Shown in pieces: positions 27,686-42,700 of a stretch of 64,000 nt of DNA. Each line of letters opens with the position of its first letter. Position 1 is the first letter of the stretch. A program made the translations under genes and the position numbers. Below the pieces are notes generated by a model, which worked only from the letters and a program-made list of their open reading frames with translations, made no database searches and had not been told where the DNA came from. Location of the stretch: positions 8,246,001 through 8,310,000 of the forward strand of contig NW_027361818.1 of assembly GCF_039654945.1 (NCBI RefSeq), in the 5' to 3' direction. The DNA is from Dendrobates tinctorius (Eukaryota).

Positions 27686-30270
27686 ATGGAGGGAAGCGCA
27701 GGTCAGCGGCCGCTCTTTGGAGGAGCAATGTCTGCAGTGCTGCCCCCTAGTGTACAGGATGTCAGGTATAAGTACTGCAAGTATGTGTGTGTGTGTGTGG
27801 TTAGTGGCAGCTCAGGGGTCGTATGTAACGTCTGTATACGGGGGGGCGTGTGATCTGTATACGGGGGGGGGCCGTGTGTGACGTGTGATCTGTATACGGG
27901 GGGGGGCCGTGTGTGACGTGTGATCTGTATACGGGGGGGCCGTGTGTGACGTGTGATCTGTATACGGGGGGGTGTGACGTGTGATCTGTATACGGGGGGG
28001 TGTGACGTGTGATCTGTATACGGGGGGGTGTGACGTGTGATCTGTATACGGGGGGGTGTGACGTGTGATCTGTATACGGGGGGGGGCCGTGTGTGACGTG
28101 TGATCTGTATACGGGGGGGGGCCGTGTGTGACGTGTGATCTGTATACGGGGGGGGGCCGTGTGTGACGTGTGATCTGTATACGGGGGGGGGCCGTGTGTG
28201 ACGTGTGATCTGTATACGGGGGGGGGCCGTGTGTGACGTGTGATCTGTATACGGGGGGGGGCCGTGTGTGACGTGTGATCTGTATACGGGGGGGGGCCGT
28301 GTGTGACGTGTGATCTGTATACGGGGGGGGGCCGTGTGTGACGTGTGATCTGTATACGGGGGGGTGTGACGTGTGATCTGTATACGGGGGGGGCCGTGTG
28401 TGACGTGTGATCTGTATACGGGGGGGGGGGCCGTGTGTGACGTGTGATCTGTATACGGGGGGGGCCGTGTGTGACGTGTGATCTGTATACGGGGGGGGGG
28501 GCCGTGTGTGACGTGTGATCTGTATACGGGGGGGGGGGCCGTGTGTGACGTGTGATCTGTATACGGGGGGGGGGGCCGTGTGTGACGTGTGATCTGTATA
28601 CGGGGGGGGGCCGTGTGTGACGTGTGATCTGTATACGGGGGGGGCCGTGTGTGACGTGTGATCTGTATACGGGGGGGGGCCGTGTGTGACGTGTGATCTG
28701 TATACGGGGGGGGGCCGTGTGTGACGTGTGATCTGTATACGGGGGGGGGCCGTGTGTGACGTGTGATCTGTATACGGGGGGGGGCCGTGTGTGACGTGTG
28801 ATCTGTATACGGGGGGGCCGTGTGTGACGTGTGATCTGTATATGGGGGGGGGGCCGTGTGTGACGTGTGATCTGTATACGGGGGGGCCGTGTGTGACGTG
28901 TGATCTGTATACGGGGGGGTGTGACGTGTGATCTGTATACGGGGGGGTGTGACGTGTGATCTGTATACGGGGGGCCGTGTGTGACGTGTGATCTGTATAC
29001 GGGGGGGGGCCGTGTGTGACGTGTGATCTGTATACGGGGGGGGGCCGTGTGTGACGTGTGATCTGTATACGGGGGGGGGGCCGTGTGTGACGTGTGATCT
29101 GTATACGGGGGGGGGGGGGCCCTATGTGACGTTTATCTTTATTATTTCTGCACAGTGACCTCCGGGAGATCCCTGACAACCAGGAGGTCTTTGTCCACCC
29201 TCACACTGACCAGAGCATCATCGTGGAGCTCCTGGAATATCAGGAGGGAATGTCGGACCCCGACGCTGCTCGGTAGGAGGGGACAGAGGTTTTAGTTCTC
29301 CTATTGGCCTCTGGATGTCGCTGCAGAGTTCCCGGAGGCCTCGCTTTTCTGCTTTGCTGTAAATCCTTCTCTGGACACGTTGGGATGTCTCTCTTGTTGT
29401 CCCCCCCCTCCTCATTACATTAACCTCTTCTGTCACCGGTAGATACCACTTTGAGGATGTTGCGGCCAGCAATGATGCCGGCGGCAGAGCGGAGGTGCTG
29501 AGTGTGGAGCCCCTGCCCCTGGCACAGCTGTCTCTCACCCGCTGCTCCGGTGCCTGGGCGCTGACGGGCCACCAGCTCGTCTCTAAGTTCAATGAGCGGG
29601 TAATGTATCAGAGGGGGACAGCAACTCCCAGCATTGCTGACATAGTGGGGATTGTAGCTTTCCACGTCCAGATACCGGACAATAGTCTGGGTGTAATTGT
29701 CCTTCATATTTATTCCTCCTCAGGCTCAGAATACAGTGACGATACATATGGCGCTCCTCCGTATACAGCAGCACGCCACCGACCTCCTGGTGACCTTCAA
29801 TGACCCTGTAGTTATTGAGTAAGTGACAAATGGGAGGAGCTGTGAGTCTCCGTCCCTGCGGGGTGATACAGATAGGAGGAGCTGGGAGTCTCCTCCCCCT
29901 GCAGAGTGATACAGATGGGAGGGGCTATGAGTCTCCTCCCCCTGCAGGGTGATACAGATTAGAGGGGCTATGAGTCTCCTCCCCCTGCAGGGTGATACAG
30001 ATGGGAGGGGCTATGAGTCTCCTCCCCCCTGCAGGGTGATACAGATGGGAGGGGCTATGAGTCTCCTCCCCCTGCTGGGTGATACAGATGGGAGGGGCTA
30101 TGAGTCTCCTCCCCCTGCAGGGTGTGACTGCTCTCTCCCTCCACAGTCCGGCCAGTAGCAGCAGTGTTCCTGTCCCCGGGTCGTCGGACACTTCCCCTCC
30201 GTGGACCGTTGATGATTTCCATCGCCTGCTGTGCAGTTTTCGGCTCCATGATCCCGGCCTCTTCGGATAA
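27686..30270 (+). CDS. RANGRF: Ran guanine nucleotide release factor (MOG1), 190 aa
   Basis: Exons 27686-27765, 29156-29272, 29443-29599, 29724-29818, 30147-30270 (573 nt). Motifs [61 protein letters not shown] and a LHDPGLFG* end. AATAAA at 30511. Confidence 0.96.
27830..29125. repeat. ~30-37-bp G-run minisatellite (GTGTGACGTGTGATCTGTATACG(n)CC) in RANGRF intron 1
   Basis: Visible array occupying over 90% of the intron. Confidence 0.96.
29828..30124. repeat. 43-bp minisatellite in RANGRF intron 4
   Basis: About 7 copies of GGGTGATACAGATGGGAGGGGCTATGAGTCTCCTCCCCCTGCA. Confidence 0.93.
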
Positions 30271-30730
30271 CGTTCTGGCACTGACTACGAGGTGGTGATG
30301 ATGCGGTGATGGACGTTGGGGTTTTCAGCCGCTCTGCACTGTTGTCCCTTCCTGTGTCCGCCCTCATGGCTCCCAGCGCTTGTGCTGTGTAATCTTAGAG
30401 CAGAGTGTGAGGTATAAGAGGGGCCGGATACAGCTGCGACCTATGGGGGCAGAGGTCTCAGGGTTCTGTAAACCCTTTCAATACTGTACATAACATGTCT
30501 AGAAATGTATAATAAAACATTTTCCAGATTTCGTCTGACATACAATGTGTAGAAAAATGTTCTCTACAACGTTAACAGACCTCCATTTATATTACACATA
30601 TTATCTCGTATGGTGTCTTTATTTAATGAGTATCTGTCATATAAGTGTCCCGTATAGTGGAGAGAGTGAGTCTACCGGCGTCCAAAACACAAAGGCACAC
30701 GCAAATAACAGGTATGGCGGCTTTATCTAT

Positions 30731-33700
30731 CTATTGTGAGTGTAGCAGACGAAGCGTCACATCAACACAGCAGTGTCCTCCACATCCAGAAACTGCACCA
30801 CAGGGACCTGAAGAGAACAGAAACACTGCCATAATACTGCACAAGAATATAACTACTATAATACTGCTCCTATGTACAAGAATATAACTACTATAATACT
30901 GCCCCCTATGTACAAGAATATAACTACTATAATACTGCCCCTATGTACAAGAATATAACTACTATAATACTGCCTCCTATGTACAAGAATATAACTACTA
31001 TAATACTGCTCCTATGTACAAGAATATAACTACTATAATACTGCTCCTATGTACAAGAATATAACTACTATAATACTGCCTCCTATGTACAAGAATATAA
31101 CTACTATAATACGGCTCCTATGTACAAGAATATAACTACTATAATACTGCCCCTATGTACAAGAATATAACTACTATAATACTGCCCCTATGTACAAGAA
31201 TATAACTACTATAATACTGCCTCCTATGTACAAGAATATAACTACTATAATACTGCTCCTATGTACAAGAATATAACTACTATAATACTGCCCCTATGTA
31301 CAAGAATATAACTACTATAATACTGCTCCTATGTACAAGAATATAACTACTATAATACTGCCTCCTATGTACAAGAATATAACTACTATAATACTGCTCC
31401 TATGTACAAGAATATAACTACTATAATACTGCCCCCTATGTACAAGAATATAACTACTATAATACTGCCCCTATGTACAAGAATATAACTACTATAATAC
31501 AGCTCCTATGTACAAGAATATAACTACTATAATACTGCTCCTATGTACAAGAATATAACTACTATAATACTGCTCCTATGTACAAGAATATAACTACTAT
31601 AATACTGCTCCTATGTACAAGAATATAACTACTATAATACTGCTCCTATGTACAAGAATATAACTACTATAATACTGCCTCCTATGTACAAGAATATAAC
31701 TACTATAATACGGCTCCTATGTACAAGAATATAACTACTATAATACTGCCCCTATGTACAAGAATATAACTACTATAATACTGCTCCTATGTACAAGAAT
31801 ATAACTACTATAATACTGCCTCCTATGTACAAGAATATAACTACTATAATACGGCTCCTATGTACAAGAATATAACTACTATAATACTGCCCCCTATGTA
31901 CAAGAATATAACTACTATAATACTGCTCCTATGTACAAGAATATAACTACTATAATACTGCTCCTATGTACAAGAATATAACTACTATAATACTGCTCCT
32001 ATGTACAAGAATATAACTACTATAATACTGCTCCTATGTACAAGAATATAACTACTATAATACTGCTCCTATGTACAAGAATATAACTACTATAATACTG
32101 CCCCATGTACAAGAATATAACTACTATAATACTGCCCCTATGTACAAGAATATAACTACTATAATACTGCTCCTATGTACAAGAATATAACTGCTATAAT
32201 ACTGCCCCCTATCTACAAGAATATAACTACTATAATACTGCCCCCTATCTACAAGAATATAACTACTATAATACTGCCCCCTATCTACAAGAATATAACT
32301 ACTATAATACTGCACCCTATGTACAAGAATATAACTACTATAATACTGCCCCCTATGTACAAGAATATAACTACTATAATACTGCCCCCTATGTACAAGA
32401 ATATAACTACTATAATACTGCCTCCTATGTACAAGAATATAACTACTATAATACTGCCTCCTATGTACAAGAATATAACTACTATAATACTGCCTCCTAT
32501 GTACAAGAATCTAACTAATACGGCTCCTATGTACATGAATATAACTACTATAATACTGCCCCATGTACAAGAATATAACTACTATAATACTGCCCCTATG
32601 TACAAGAATATAACTACTATAATACTGCTCCTATGTACAAGAATATAACTGCTATAATACTGCCCCCTATCTACAAGAATATAACTACTATAATACTGCC
32701 CCCTATCTACAAGAATATAACTACTATAATACTGCCCCCTATCTACAAGAATATAACTACTATAATACTGCACCCTATGTACAAGAATATAACTACTATA
32801 ATACTGCCCCCTATGTACAAGAATATAACTACTATAATACTGCCCCCTATGTACAAGAATATAACTACTATAATACTGCCTCCTATGTACAAGAATATAA
32901 CTACTATAATACTGCCTCCTATGTACAAGAATATAACTACTATAATACTGCCTCCTATGTACAAGAATATAACTACTATAATACTGCCTCCTATGTACAA
33001 GAATATAACTACTATAATACTGCCTCCTATGTACAAGAATCTAACTAATACGGCTCCTATGTACATGAATATAACTACTATAATACTGCCCCTATGTACA
33101 AGAATATAACTACTATAATACTGCCCCCTATATACAAGAATATAACTACTATAATGCTGCCCCCTATGTACAAGAATATAACTACTATAATACTGTTCCT
33201 ATGTGCAAGAATATAACTACTATAATACTGCCCCTATGTACAAGAATATAACTACTATAATACTGCCTCCTATGTACAAGACTATAACTACTATAATACG
33301 GCTCCTATGTACAAGAATATAACTACTATAATACTGCCTCCTATGTCCAAGAATATAACTACTATAATACTGCCCCTATGTACAAGAATATAACTACTAT
33401 AATACTGCCCCTATGTACAAGAATATAACTACTATAATACTGCCCCTATGTACAAGAATATAACTACTATAATACTGCCCCTATGTACAAGAATATAACT
33501 ACTATAATACTGCTCCTATGTACAAGAATATAACTACTATAATACTGCCTCCTATGTCCAAGAATATAACTACTATAATACTGCCCCTATGTACAAGAAT
33601 ATAACTACTATAATGCTGCCCCCTATGTACAAGAATATAACTACTATAATACTGTTCCTATGTACAAGAATATAACTACTATAATACTGCCCCTATGTAC

Positions 33701-36700
33701 AAGAATATAACTACTATAATACTGCCTCCTATGTACATGAATATAACTACTATAATACGGCTCCTATGTACAAGAATATAACTACTATAATACTGCCTCC
33801 TATGTCCAAGAATATAACTACTATAATACTGCCCCTATGTACAAGAATATAACTACTATAATACTGCCCCTATACACAAGAATATAACTACTATAATACT
33901 GCTCCTATGTACAAGAATATAACTACTATAATACTGTTCCTATGTACAAGAATATAACTACTATAATACTGTTCCTATGTACAAGAATATAACTACTATA
34001 ATACTGCTCCTATGTACAAGAATATAACTACTATAATACTGTTCCTATGTACAAGAATATAACTACTATAATACTGCCCCTATGTACAAGAATATAACTA
34101 CTATAATACTGTCCCCTATGTACAAGAATATAACTACTATAATACTGCCCCTATGTACAAGAATATAACTACTATAATACTGCCCCTATGTACAAGACTA
34201 TAACTACTATAATACTGCTCCTATGTACAAGAATATAACTACTATAATACTGCCCCCTATGTACAAGAATATAACTACTATAATACTGCTCCTATGTACA
34301 AGAATATAACTACTATAATACTGCCCCCTATGTAGAGGAATATAACTGCAGGATAACTTTTGACAGACAGTAGTTTCTGACCTGTTGTCTTCATACACAC
34401 CTTTTCGGGTCTTCTGAGTGTTCTGTTCGCCGTTACAAATTTAGGAGTTTTCCCAGAGATTGTTTAATAGACTCTAGGATAGAAGAGAGATATTAAAGTT
34501 CACTCATATTTGCAATAAGTCACTGTTTTGGGAGAGATTCTATCTATACAATCTTTCCACAGCTTGGTCCTGGGTGGGATCTTGGGTCCTTTTTGCAGAA
34601 GATGAAGGACCCATCGACATTCACCAGCACCGCCCACCCCCAAACGTAGACTGTTCTGACACCATTGGTGGCAAATGATCCAGAAGTCCTGGCTGTGATG
34701 CCCGTTGGACGCCCTATGTCCCAGCTCTACTTAGGACTATTATTATTTCCGTTTGGATGTGACGTCAGTATCGCCGTGGCCAGTAGTCTCCCAGAGAAGG
34801 AGTAACAAGGTCTATGATTTTGAGAACTTCATGGCTCGTAAAAAATGTCCACTATAGACTTAACGTGACCCATTTGTGGAGCTCCCTACTATAGGAGACT
34901 TGATAAATGGTGGTACACGGTGCTTGCGAGGGACCTTCTAATGGCTTTAATGTCTGGCTTTATGTGTTTTCATACAGACCTTTGGTCTTCTCTGTATTCT
35001 CTCTCACATCGCTGATGATCTCCTTCGCAGTGTCTTTGAGATGGTCGATATCCTTGCTGTTGTGTAAATCTGTGAAAAACTCGAGAAGAAAGAGACAGTG
35101 GTGATCAGATTGGTATCAGGACTCTGACCCTTCAGTACTTCCATCTTGTTCTTGTACCTTCTGTTTGATATACTCTTAAAGAATAACTTTTGGATACTTA
35201 TCCTAGGCTGGGAAAATCGAGATTTTCTATAATCGGAAAATTTTCGAACTGCTCAGTAATCTCTGTTTTTGGCCCCAATCTTTGGTGCCGCTTGTGGGAT
35301 GTCAATGGATGCCCGTAGTCTTTTGTGAAGGTCGGGAGTGTGAGACGGAGGTTTAGTGTCTAACCTTCTGCACTCGGTGCTTGTCCTTCTCAGATCTAAA
35401 CCATTGACGCCTTTATTTTGGATTGTTCCAATGAGACAAGGAAGGTCTGTTAGGTGTCACTGGCACATGTTGGAGAATAGGGCTGTTTTATGGGAAGATG
35501 CCTTGTCAGGTGGAAAGGGATCCTTCTACATTCTTTATTACATTGATTGAACTTCCAATTACTGTCAATGTCAGTAACGAGTCTTGGGTTAACTCTTACC
35601 AAGTTACCAATGTCACAGAATCTTTGTGCTACCTACAAGATTTCTCGAAGGTCAATGGCCATGGTTTCCCTACGTCTTACGTCTTGGGCCTGATGTCTTC
35701 ATACAGACCTTTGATTTTGCTCTCTTCGATGATGAACTTGTCCTGAGTGGTGTTTGTTCCGTTCAGTTCTGAATTCTTGATACCTTAATACAAAACAAAG
35801 AGCTGGGCGTTTAGTTTGTATTAGGGGTTTGTGTTAGAGGTTGTTAATAGTGACACCTATATTACATACTTTATTATGGGTATTAGTGTTGGAGGAGGTG
35901 GGGAGAAATGACTCTCCTACACGCTGCTTGGTGGTCATGTCTACAAATATTCTCACTTTGCAGAGCGGAACAGTCTGCTTTTCACGACATTGATTGAATG
36001 TCTTATGACATCATAGGTCTAAGCCAGCCTAGGGAAATTGCACTTAATTGGGACATGTATCATTATCTAACATTTTCCATGCTTTGTACGTCTGGCCACC
36101 ACTCTAGGTGACATTTCCTTGGATGCCATTACTCAGGAGTCAAGTGTTATGAGATGTGGGTAACCTGTGCTGCTAGTAGTGTATTGACAAATGGGTCCAA
36201 TAAAGGCATAGAGGGAAACTGTGGAGTTTAGTCTCTACGTGGTTTAAAGTGCTCTCGCTTTCTCATCAGGAGAACCAAAAAAGATTTTCTGAAGACTTGA
36301 CATTGAGGGTGTTCTCTAGATACCAACCTTCTACCATTTGTGTCGTGGTTCCTGTTACCCACAGATCGGATCCATTGACCACTTTGTTGTGAAATTGTCC
36401 TACATGAAGAAGACTGGGTGTTTAGTTTTCATTGAGGTTTTTCACCCCTATTGTCACAATCCAACAGGCGTTGGTCCAGCGGATGGAACAACACACTCAA
36501 CGGGATGGAAAAGGGGAGAGGAAGGCCCTAACAACGGGAACGAGGGATGGGACACTTCCTGAGCTTCAACCTGAGTCTGTCCCTGCACTCCCCTAACGGC
36601 TTGATCGCGTCCTTTCCCCCCCACCGCCGTCACGTACCTTGTCCCTAACTGTCACCTCTCAATGCCCTGACTAGTTCACTGGCCGGCAAGGGTGCTAGCA

Positions 36701-39700
36701 TCACCATTGCAGGGGATACTGACTAGCACGAGACAGATGAGGTAAATACACAAAACTTAGCTCCAGACTCCGCTGCTAAGCACACAGCAGAGGACACGGA
36801 AGCAGGACCCCAAACTCCACAGAAGAAGCAAATTCAGCGCAGACACTAGAAAGCTGCAACTGCAAGGCTGGTCTACGTAGAATAACTCACCAACAGTCAG
36901 CTGGTGCGTCAAGTGACTATTTAAAGGATGGTGTGCATGGTCACCACCAACATCAGCTGACCAGCAACACCGCCTCTGCCAGCAAGGAAACGGACATTAA
37001 CCCTTGCTGGCCTGAAAGGAAAAAAGCTACATTTAAATAATCGTGGAACCAGAGCTGCCACGAATCCAAACCTGAATCGTGATACCTATATTACATACTT
37101 TATTATGGGTATAAATGGTGGAGGAGGTGGGGAGAAACGACACTCATACACGTTGCTGGGTGGTCATGTCTACCAATATTCTCACGTTGCAGAGCGGAAT
37201 AGTCTTTCACGACATTGATTGAACTTGACATTGAGGGTGCTCTCTAGATACCAACCTTCTACCATTTGTGTCGAGGTTCCTGTTACCCTCAGATCAGATC
37301 CATTGTCCACTTCCTCATGAAATGGTCCTACAAGAAGAAGACTGAGTGTTTAGTTTGCATTGGGGGTTTGTCACCCTTATATTACATACTATTATGGGTA
37401 AAAGTGTTGAAGGCGGTGGGGAGAAATGACTTGTTCGCATACATCCTGCTTGGTGGTCATGTCTACAAATATTCTCACTTTGCAGGGATAAATAGTGTGG
37501 AGAAGGTGGAGAGAAATGACTCGTTCTCATACATCGCTGTCCTACAAGAAGAAGACTGGGATGATTGGTTGGTGGATCATGAGGTCATTGGTTTTTCTTG
37601 TTTGCCTAGGAACCAAGAAAAGAAGGTGTCGTACAGATGTCTAGCTAGCTCTACGTGATTTTCAGAAGGTTGACAATACGGTCAAACCGTCTGACTTTGA
37701 TTGAGCAGCTTGTTTTCTTCGCATTCCTGAACTACTGATGTCTTCATCTTGCTATTTGCTCGACTAGAGAATGTCACCACTTTACTCAGTGCACGTATCC
37801 TAGGCTCCGATGTGGAAACCACCACTTTACACAGTGCACGTATTCTAGGCTCCGATGTGGAAACCACCACTTTACACAGTGCACGTATCCTAGGCTCCGA
37901 TGTGGAAACCACCACTTTACTCAGTGCATGTATCCTAGGCTCCGATGTGGAAACCACCACTTTACACAGTGCACGTATCCTAGGCTCCGATGTGGAAACC
38001 ACCACTTTACACAGTGCACGTATCCTAGGCTCCGATGTGGAAACCACCACTTTACCCAGTGCACGTATCCTAGGCTCCGATGTGGAAACCACCACTTTAC
38101 CCAGTGCACGTATCCTAGGCTCCGATGTGGAAACCACCACTTTACCCAGTGCACGTATCCTAGGCTCCGATGTGGAAACCACCACTTTACCCAATGCACG
38201 TATCCTAGGCTCCAAATACTCGAAGAACATATCTCCATTCTAGAGGAATCCTTGACTCCAGCTCGCCACCATGGCTTTCCTGCTATCCTCACGCTACCCA
38301 CCACTCTGCTTCATACATACTTACCAGCAACTATATTCTGGACGGCTCCTTTAGTGGTGGACATGTGTAACGAATTCTCAGAGCCCTGTCCAACCTCAGC
38401 ATGTTGCAATAAGGCATTATGAAGGGGTAGATGAATAGGCTGAGTAAATTCTGACAAAAGAAAAAAAATTACATTATTAAGATGATCCCATCTTTCGTTT
38501 CTTTTCAGAATCTTGAGGAACGTACCAAACAGAACCCAATTAAATGAGTGGAACCTCCAAACAATATCTCATCTCAACCTCCTCGACCTGTAAAAGTGTC
38601 ACGTGAGGAGCAAGGAGAGATACTAGGATTTTCCCAATGTCGGGAGAGGACACTACCTATGTCGATAGTGTATCCCCTGACGAAGGACAAGTTCAGAAAC
38701 GCGCGTCGGGGTATGCTCCGCACGGCGTTCCCCATACACCCAGGTAATTTATTATTTGTCTGCCTATTTTTCTGCCCATATTAATTGGCTTAATCTTGCA
38801 GTCATGGCGGATATCTTACATGATGTTTCCCAACCACAGTCTCGGCTCCTTACTATAATTGTGATATATGACCTATTGTACTTGGACATGCCCAGCCAGT
38901 TTATTTTCTGTGAGCACTCAATATCATTTATTACAACCATTAGGACCATCTCATTCTAGTGACCAGCCTTATCCTGCTTTCTTCTTTTCATACTGCACTA
39001 TGCACTTTATTTTGATTTCATTTTTGTGAGTTATTACAATTTTAAATCAATAATTGATCTATTTACAAGTATTTCTTGTTCTCACTCTGTTCCGTACTTC
39101 CTTTCTTTGGTTATACGCTTGTTCCCGAATGGTCTGCCATTCTCCTCTATACAGCATGTATATATCACTCACCGTATACTAGATTTACTATTATCATTTC
39201 TATATTACTAGTGATATATATCTATTGTTAAGTTCAGTAAGTGTTTTAGACCTTGAGATTGTTGATGTTTTCAACAATTTTGGTTCTCAAGTCCTCTGAC
39301 AGTCCTCTTTCTGTTCTCCATGCTTAGTGTGGCACGCAAACACACAATGCAAAGATTGAGCCAACTTCTCCCCTTTTTATCTGGTGTCAGGTGTGGTTTT
39401 CATACTGCTCACACCTGTTACTTGCCACAGGTGAGTGTGAACGAGCATCACTTGCTTGAAACAAAGTTGTTTACCCACAATTTTGGAAAGGTGCCAACAA
39501 TTTTGTCCACTCTTTGGGGTTTTGTGTGAAATTATGTCCAATTTGCCTTTTTTTCAGTTTCTGTGTGTTATTCCAATACACACAAAGGAAATAAACCTGT
39601 GTATAACAAAACTTGGGGAATTGAAATAATTTTCTGGTAGAAACACTTCACTTTCTGGAACAATTTCAAGGGTGCCAACACTTTCAGCCATGACTGTATG

Positions 39701-42700
39701 TGACACAAGAATCAATTAGAAATGACACATTCCCTTTCTAATTTAGGAAAATATTTTTACATTTTAATAAATACAAAAAGGAGAATAGGCCGATGCAAAA
39801 GTTTGGGCATCCTGCATAGTTAGTGCATTTGTTTGGAGGCCTAGGTACTATCAGGGTGCAGTGGACCCAATTAAATATGGCGCCAACACCGATGAAACAA
39901 CCACTCTCAGCCTACCAATCCATACCACCACATGAACATATATATATATGACACATGAATCATACCACCATATAGTGCATATATAATATATATGTGACAC
40001 ATAAATCATTCCGTCATATAGTGCACATATAATATACTGTATATGTGACACATAAATCATTCCGTCATATAGTGCATATATAATATACTGTATATGTGAC
40101 ACATAAATCATACCACCATATAGTGCATATATAATATATATGTGACACATAAATCATACTGTCATATAGTGCACATATAATATACAGTATATGTGACACA
40201 TGATTCATACCACCATATAGTGCATATATAATTTATATGTGACACATAAATCATTCCGTCATATAGTGCATATATAATATACTGTATATGTGACACATAA
40301 ATCATTTCGTCATACAGTGCATATATAATATACTGTATATGTGACACATAAATCATACCGCCATATAGTGCATATATAATATATATGTGACACATAAATC
40401 ATTCCGTCATATAGTGCATATATAATATACTGTATATGTGACACATAAATCATTTCGTCATATAGTGCATATATAATATATGCGACGCATAAATCATACC
40501 ACCATATAGTGCATATATAACATATACTGTATGTGACACATAAATCATACCACCATATAGTGCATATATAATATATATGTGACACATGAATCATACCGTC
40601 AAAGAGTGCACATATAATATATATGTGACACATGAATCATACCGCCATATGATGCACAGATAATATATATGTGACACATGAATCATACCGTCATATAGTG
40701 CACATATAATATATGGGACACATGAATCATACCGCCCTATGATGCACAGATAATATATATGTGACAAATGAATCATACTGCCATATAGTGCACATATAAT
40801 GTGACACATAAATCATACCGCCATATGATGCACAGATAATATACGTGAAACATGAATCATACCGCCATATGAACATATAATATATATGTGACACATGATT
40901 CATACCACCATATGATATATATATGTGACATAAATCAAACCGCCATATAGTGCACATATAATATATATGTGACACATGAATCTTACCGTCATATAGTGCA
41001 TATATAATATATGTGACACATGAATCATACTGTCATATAGTGCACATATAATATACAGTATATGTGACACATGATTCATACCACCATATAGTGCATATAT
41101 AATATATATGTGACACATAAATCATACTGTCATATAGTGCACATATAATATACAGTATATGTGACACATGATTCATACCACCATATAGTGCATATATAAT
41201 ATACTGTATATGTGACACATAAATCATACCACCATATAGTGCATATATAATATATATGTGACACATAAATCATACTGTCATATAGTGCACATATAATATA
41301 CAGTATATGTGACACATGATTCATACCACCATATAGTGCATACAGTGGGGAAAAAAAGTATTTAGTCAGTCAGCAATAGTGCAAGTTCCACCACTTAAAA
41401 AGATGAGAGGCGTCTGTAATTTACATCATAGGTAGACCTCAACTATGGGAGACAAACTGAGAAAAAAAAATCCAGAAAATCACATTGTCTGTTTTTTTTT
41501 CATTTTATTTGCATATTATGGTGGAAAATAAGTATTTGGTCAGAAACAAGCAATCAAGATTTCTGGCTCTCACAGACCTGTAACTTCTTCTTTAAGAGTC
41601 TCCTCTTTCCTCCACTCATTACCTGTAGTAATGGCACCTGTTTAAACTTGTTATCAGTATAAAAAGACACCTGTGCACACCCTCAAACAGTCTGACTCCA
41701 AACTCCACTATGGTGAAGACCAAAGAGCTGTCAAAGGACACCAGAAACAAAATTGTAGCCCTGCACCAGGCTGGGAAGACTGAATCTGCAATAGCCAACC
41801 AGCTTGGAGTGAAGAAATCAACTGTGGGAGCAATAATTAGAAAATGGAAGACATACAAGACCACTGATAATCTCCCTCGATCTGGTGCTCCACGCAAAAT
41901 CCCACCCCGTGGGGTCAGAATGATCACAAGAACGGTGAGCAAAAATCCCAGAACCACACGGGGGGACCTAGTGAATGAACTGCAGAGAGCTGGGACCAAT
42001 GTAACAAGGCCTACCATAAGTAACACACTACGCCACCATGGACTCAGATACTGCAGTGCCAGACGTGTCCCACTGCTTAAGCCTGTACATGTCCGGGCCC
42101 ATCTGAAGTTTGCTAGAGAGCATTTGGATGATCCAGAGGAGTTTTGGGAGAATGTCCTATGGTCTGATGACACCAAACTGGAACTGTTTGGTAGAAACAC
42201 AACTTGTCGTGTTTGGAGGAAAAAGAATACTGAGTTGCATCCATCAAACACCATACCTACTGTAAAGCATGGTGGTGGAAACATCATGCTTTGGGGCTGT
42301 TTCTCTGCAAAGGGGCCAGGACGACTGATCCGGGTACATGAAAGAATGAATGGGGCAATGTATCGTGAGATTTTGAGTGCAAACCTCCTTCCATCAGCAA
42401 GGGCATTGAAGATGAAACGTGGCTGGGTCTTTCAACATGACAATGATCCAAAGCACACCGCCAGGGCAACGAAGGAGTGGCTTCGTAAGAAGCATTTCAA
42501 GGTCCTGGAGTGGCCTAGCCAGTCTCCAGATCTCAACCCTATAGAAAACCTTTGGAGGGAGTTGAAAGTCCGTGTTGCCAAGCGAAAAGCCAAAAACATC
42601 ACTGCTCTAGAGGAGATCTGCATGGAGGAATGGGCCAACATACCAACAACAGTGTGTGGCAACCTTGTGAAGACTTACAGAAAACGTTTGACCTCTGTCA

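Noticed and set aside
27812-29179. 455-aa extensin-like ORF
   Set aside because: Antisense translation of the RANGRF intron 1 minisatellite.
30762-30807. Somatostatin-like reading [14 protein letters not shown] of the terminal exon
   Set aside because: Needs a phase-2 junction, lacks the FWKT core, has different Cys spacing and no dibasic cleavage site; probably chance.
34980-35069. Synaptobrevin/SNARE-like look of [19 protein letters not shown]
   Set aside because: Too short, with no remainder of a SNARE motif or TM exon; generic helical composition.
37775-38213. CRISPR-like array or 15-aa repeat protein
   Set aside because: No unique spacers, no cas genes, eukaryotic context; it is a plain 45-bp tandem repeat.
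39880-39895. TGGCGCC PBS-like motif
   Set aside because: Match to a tRNA 3' end is too short and no LTR end precedes it.
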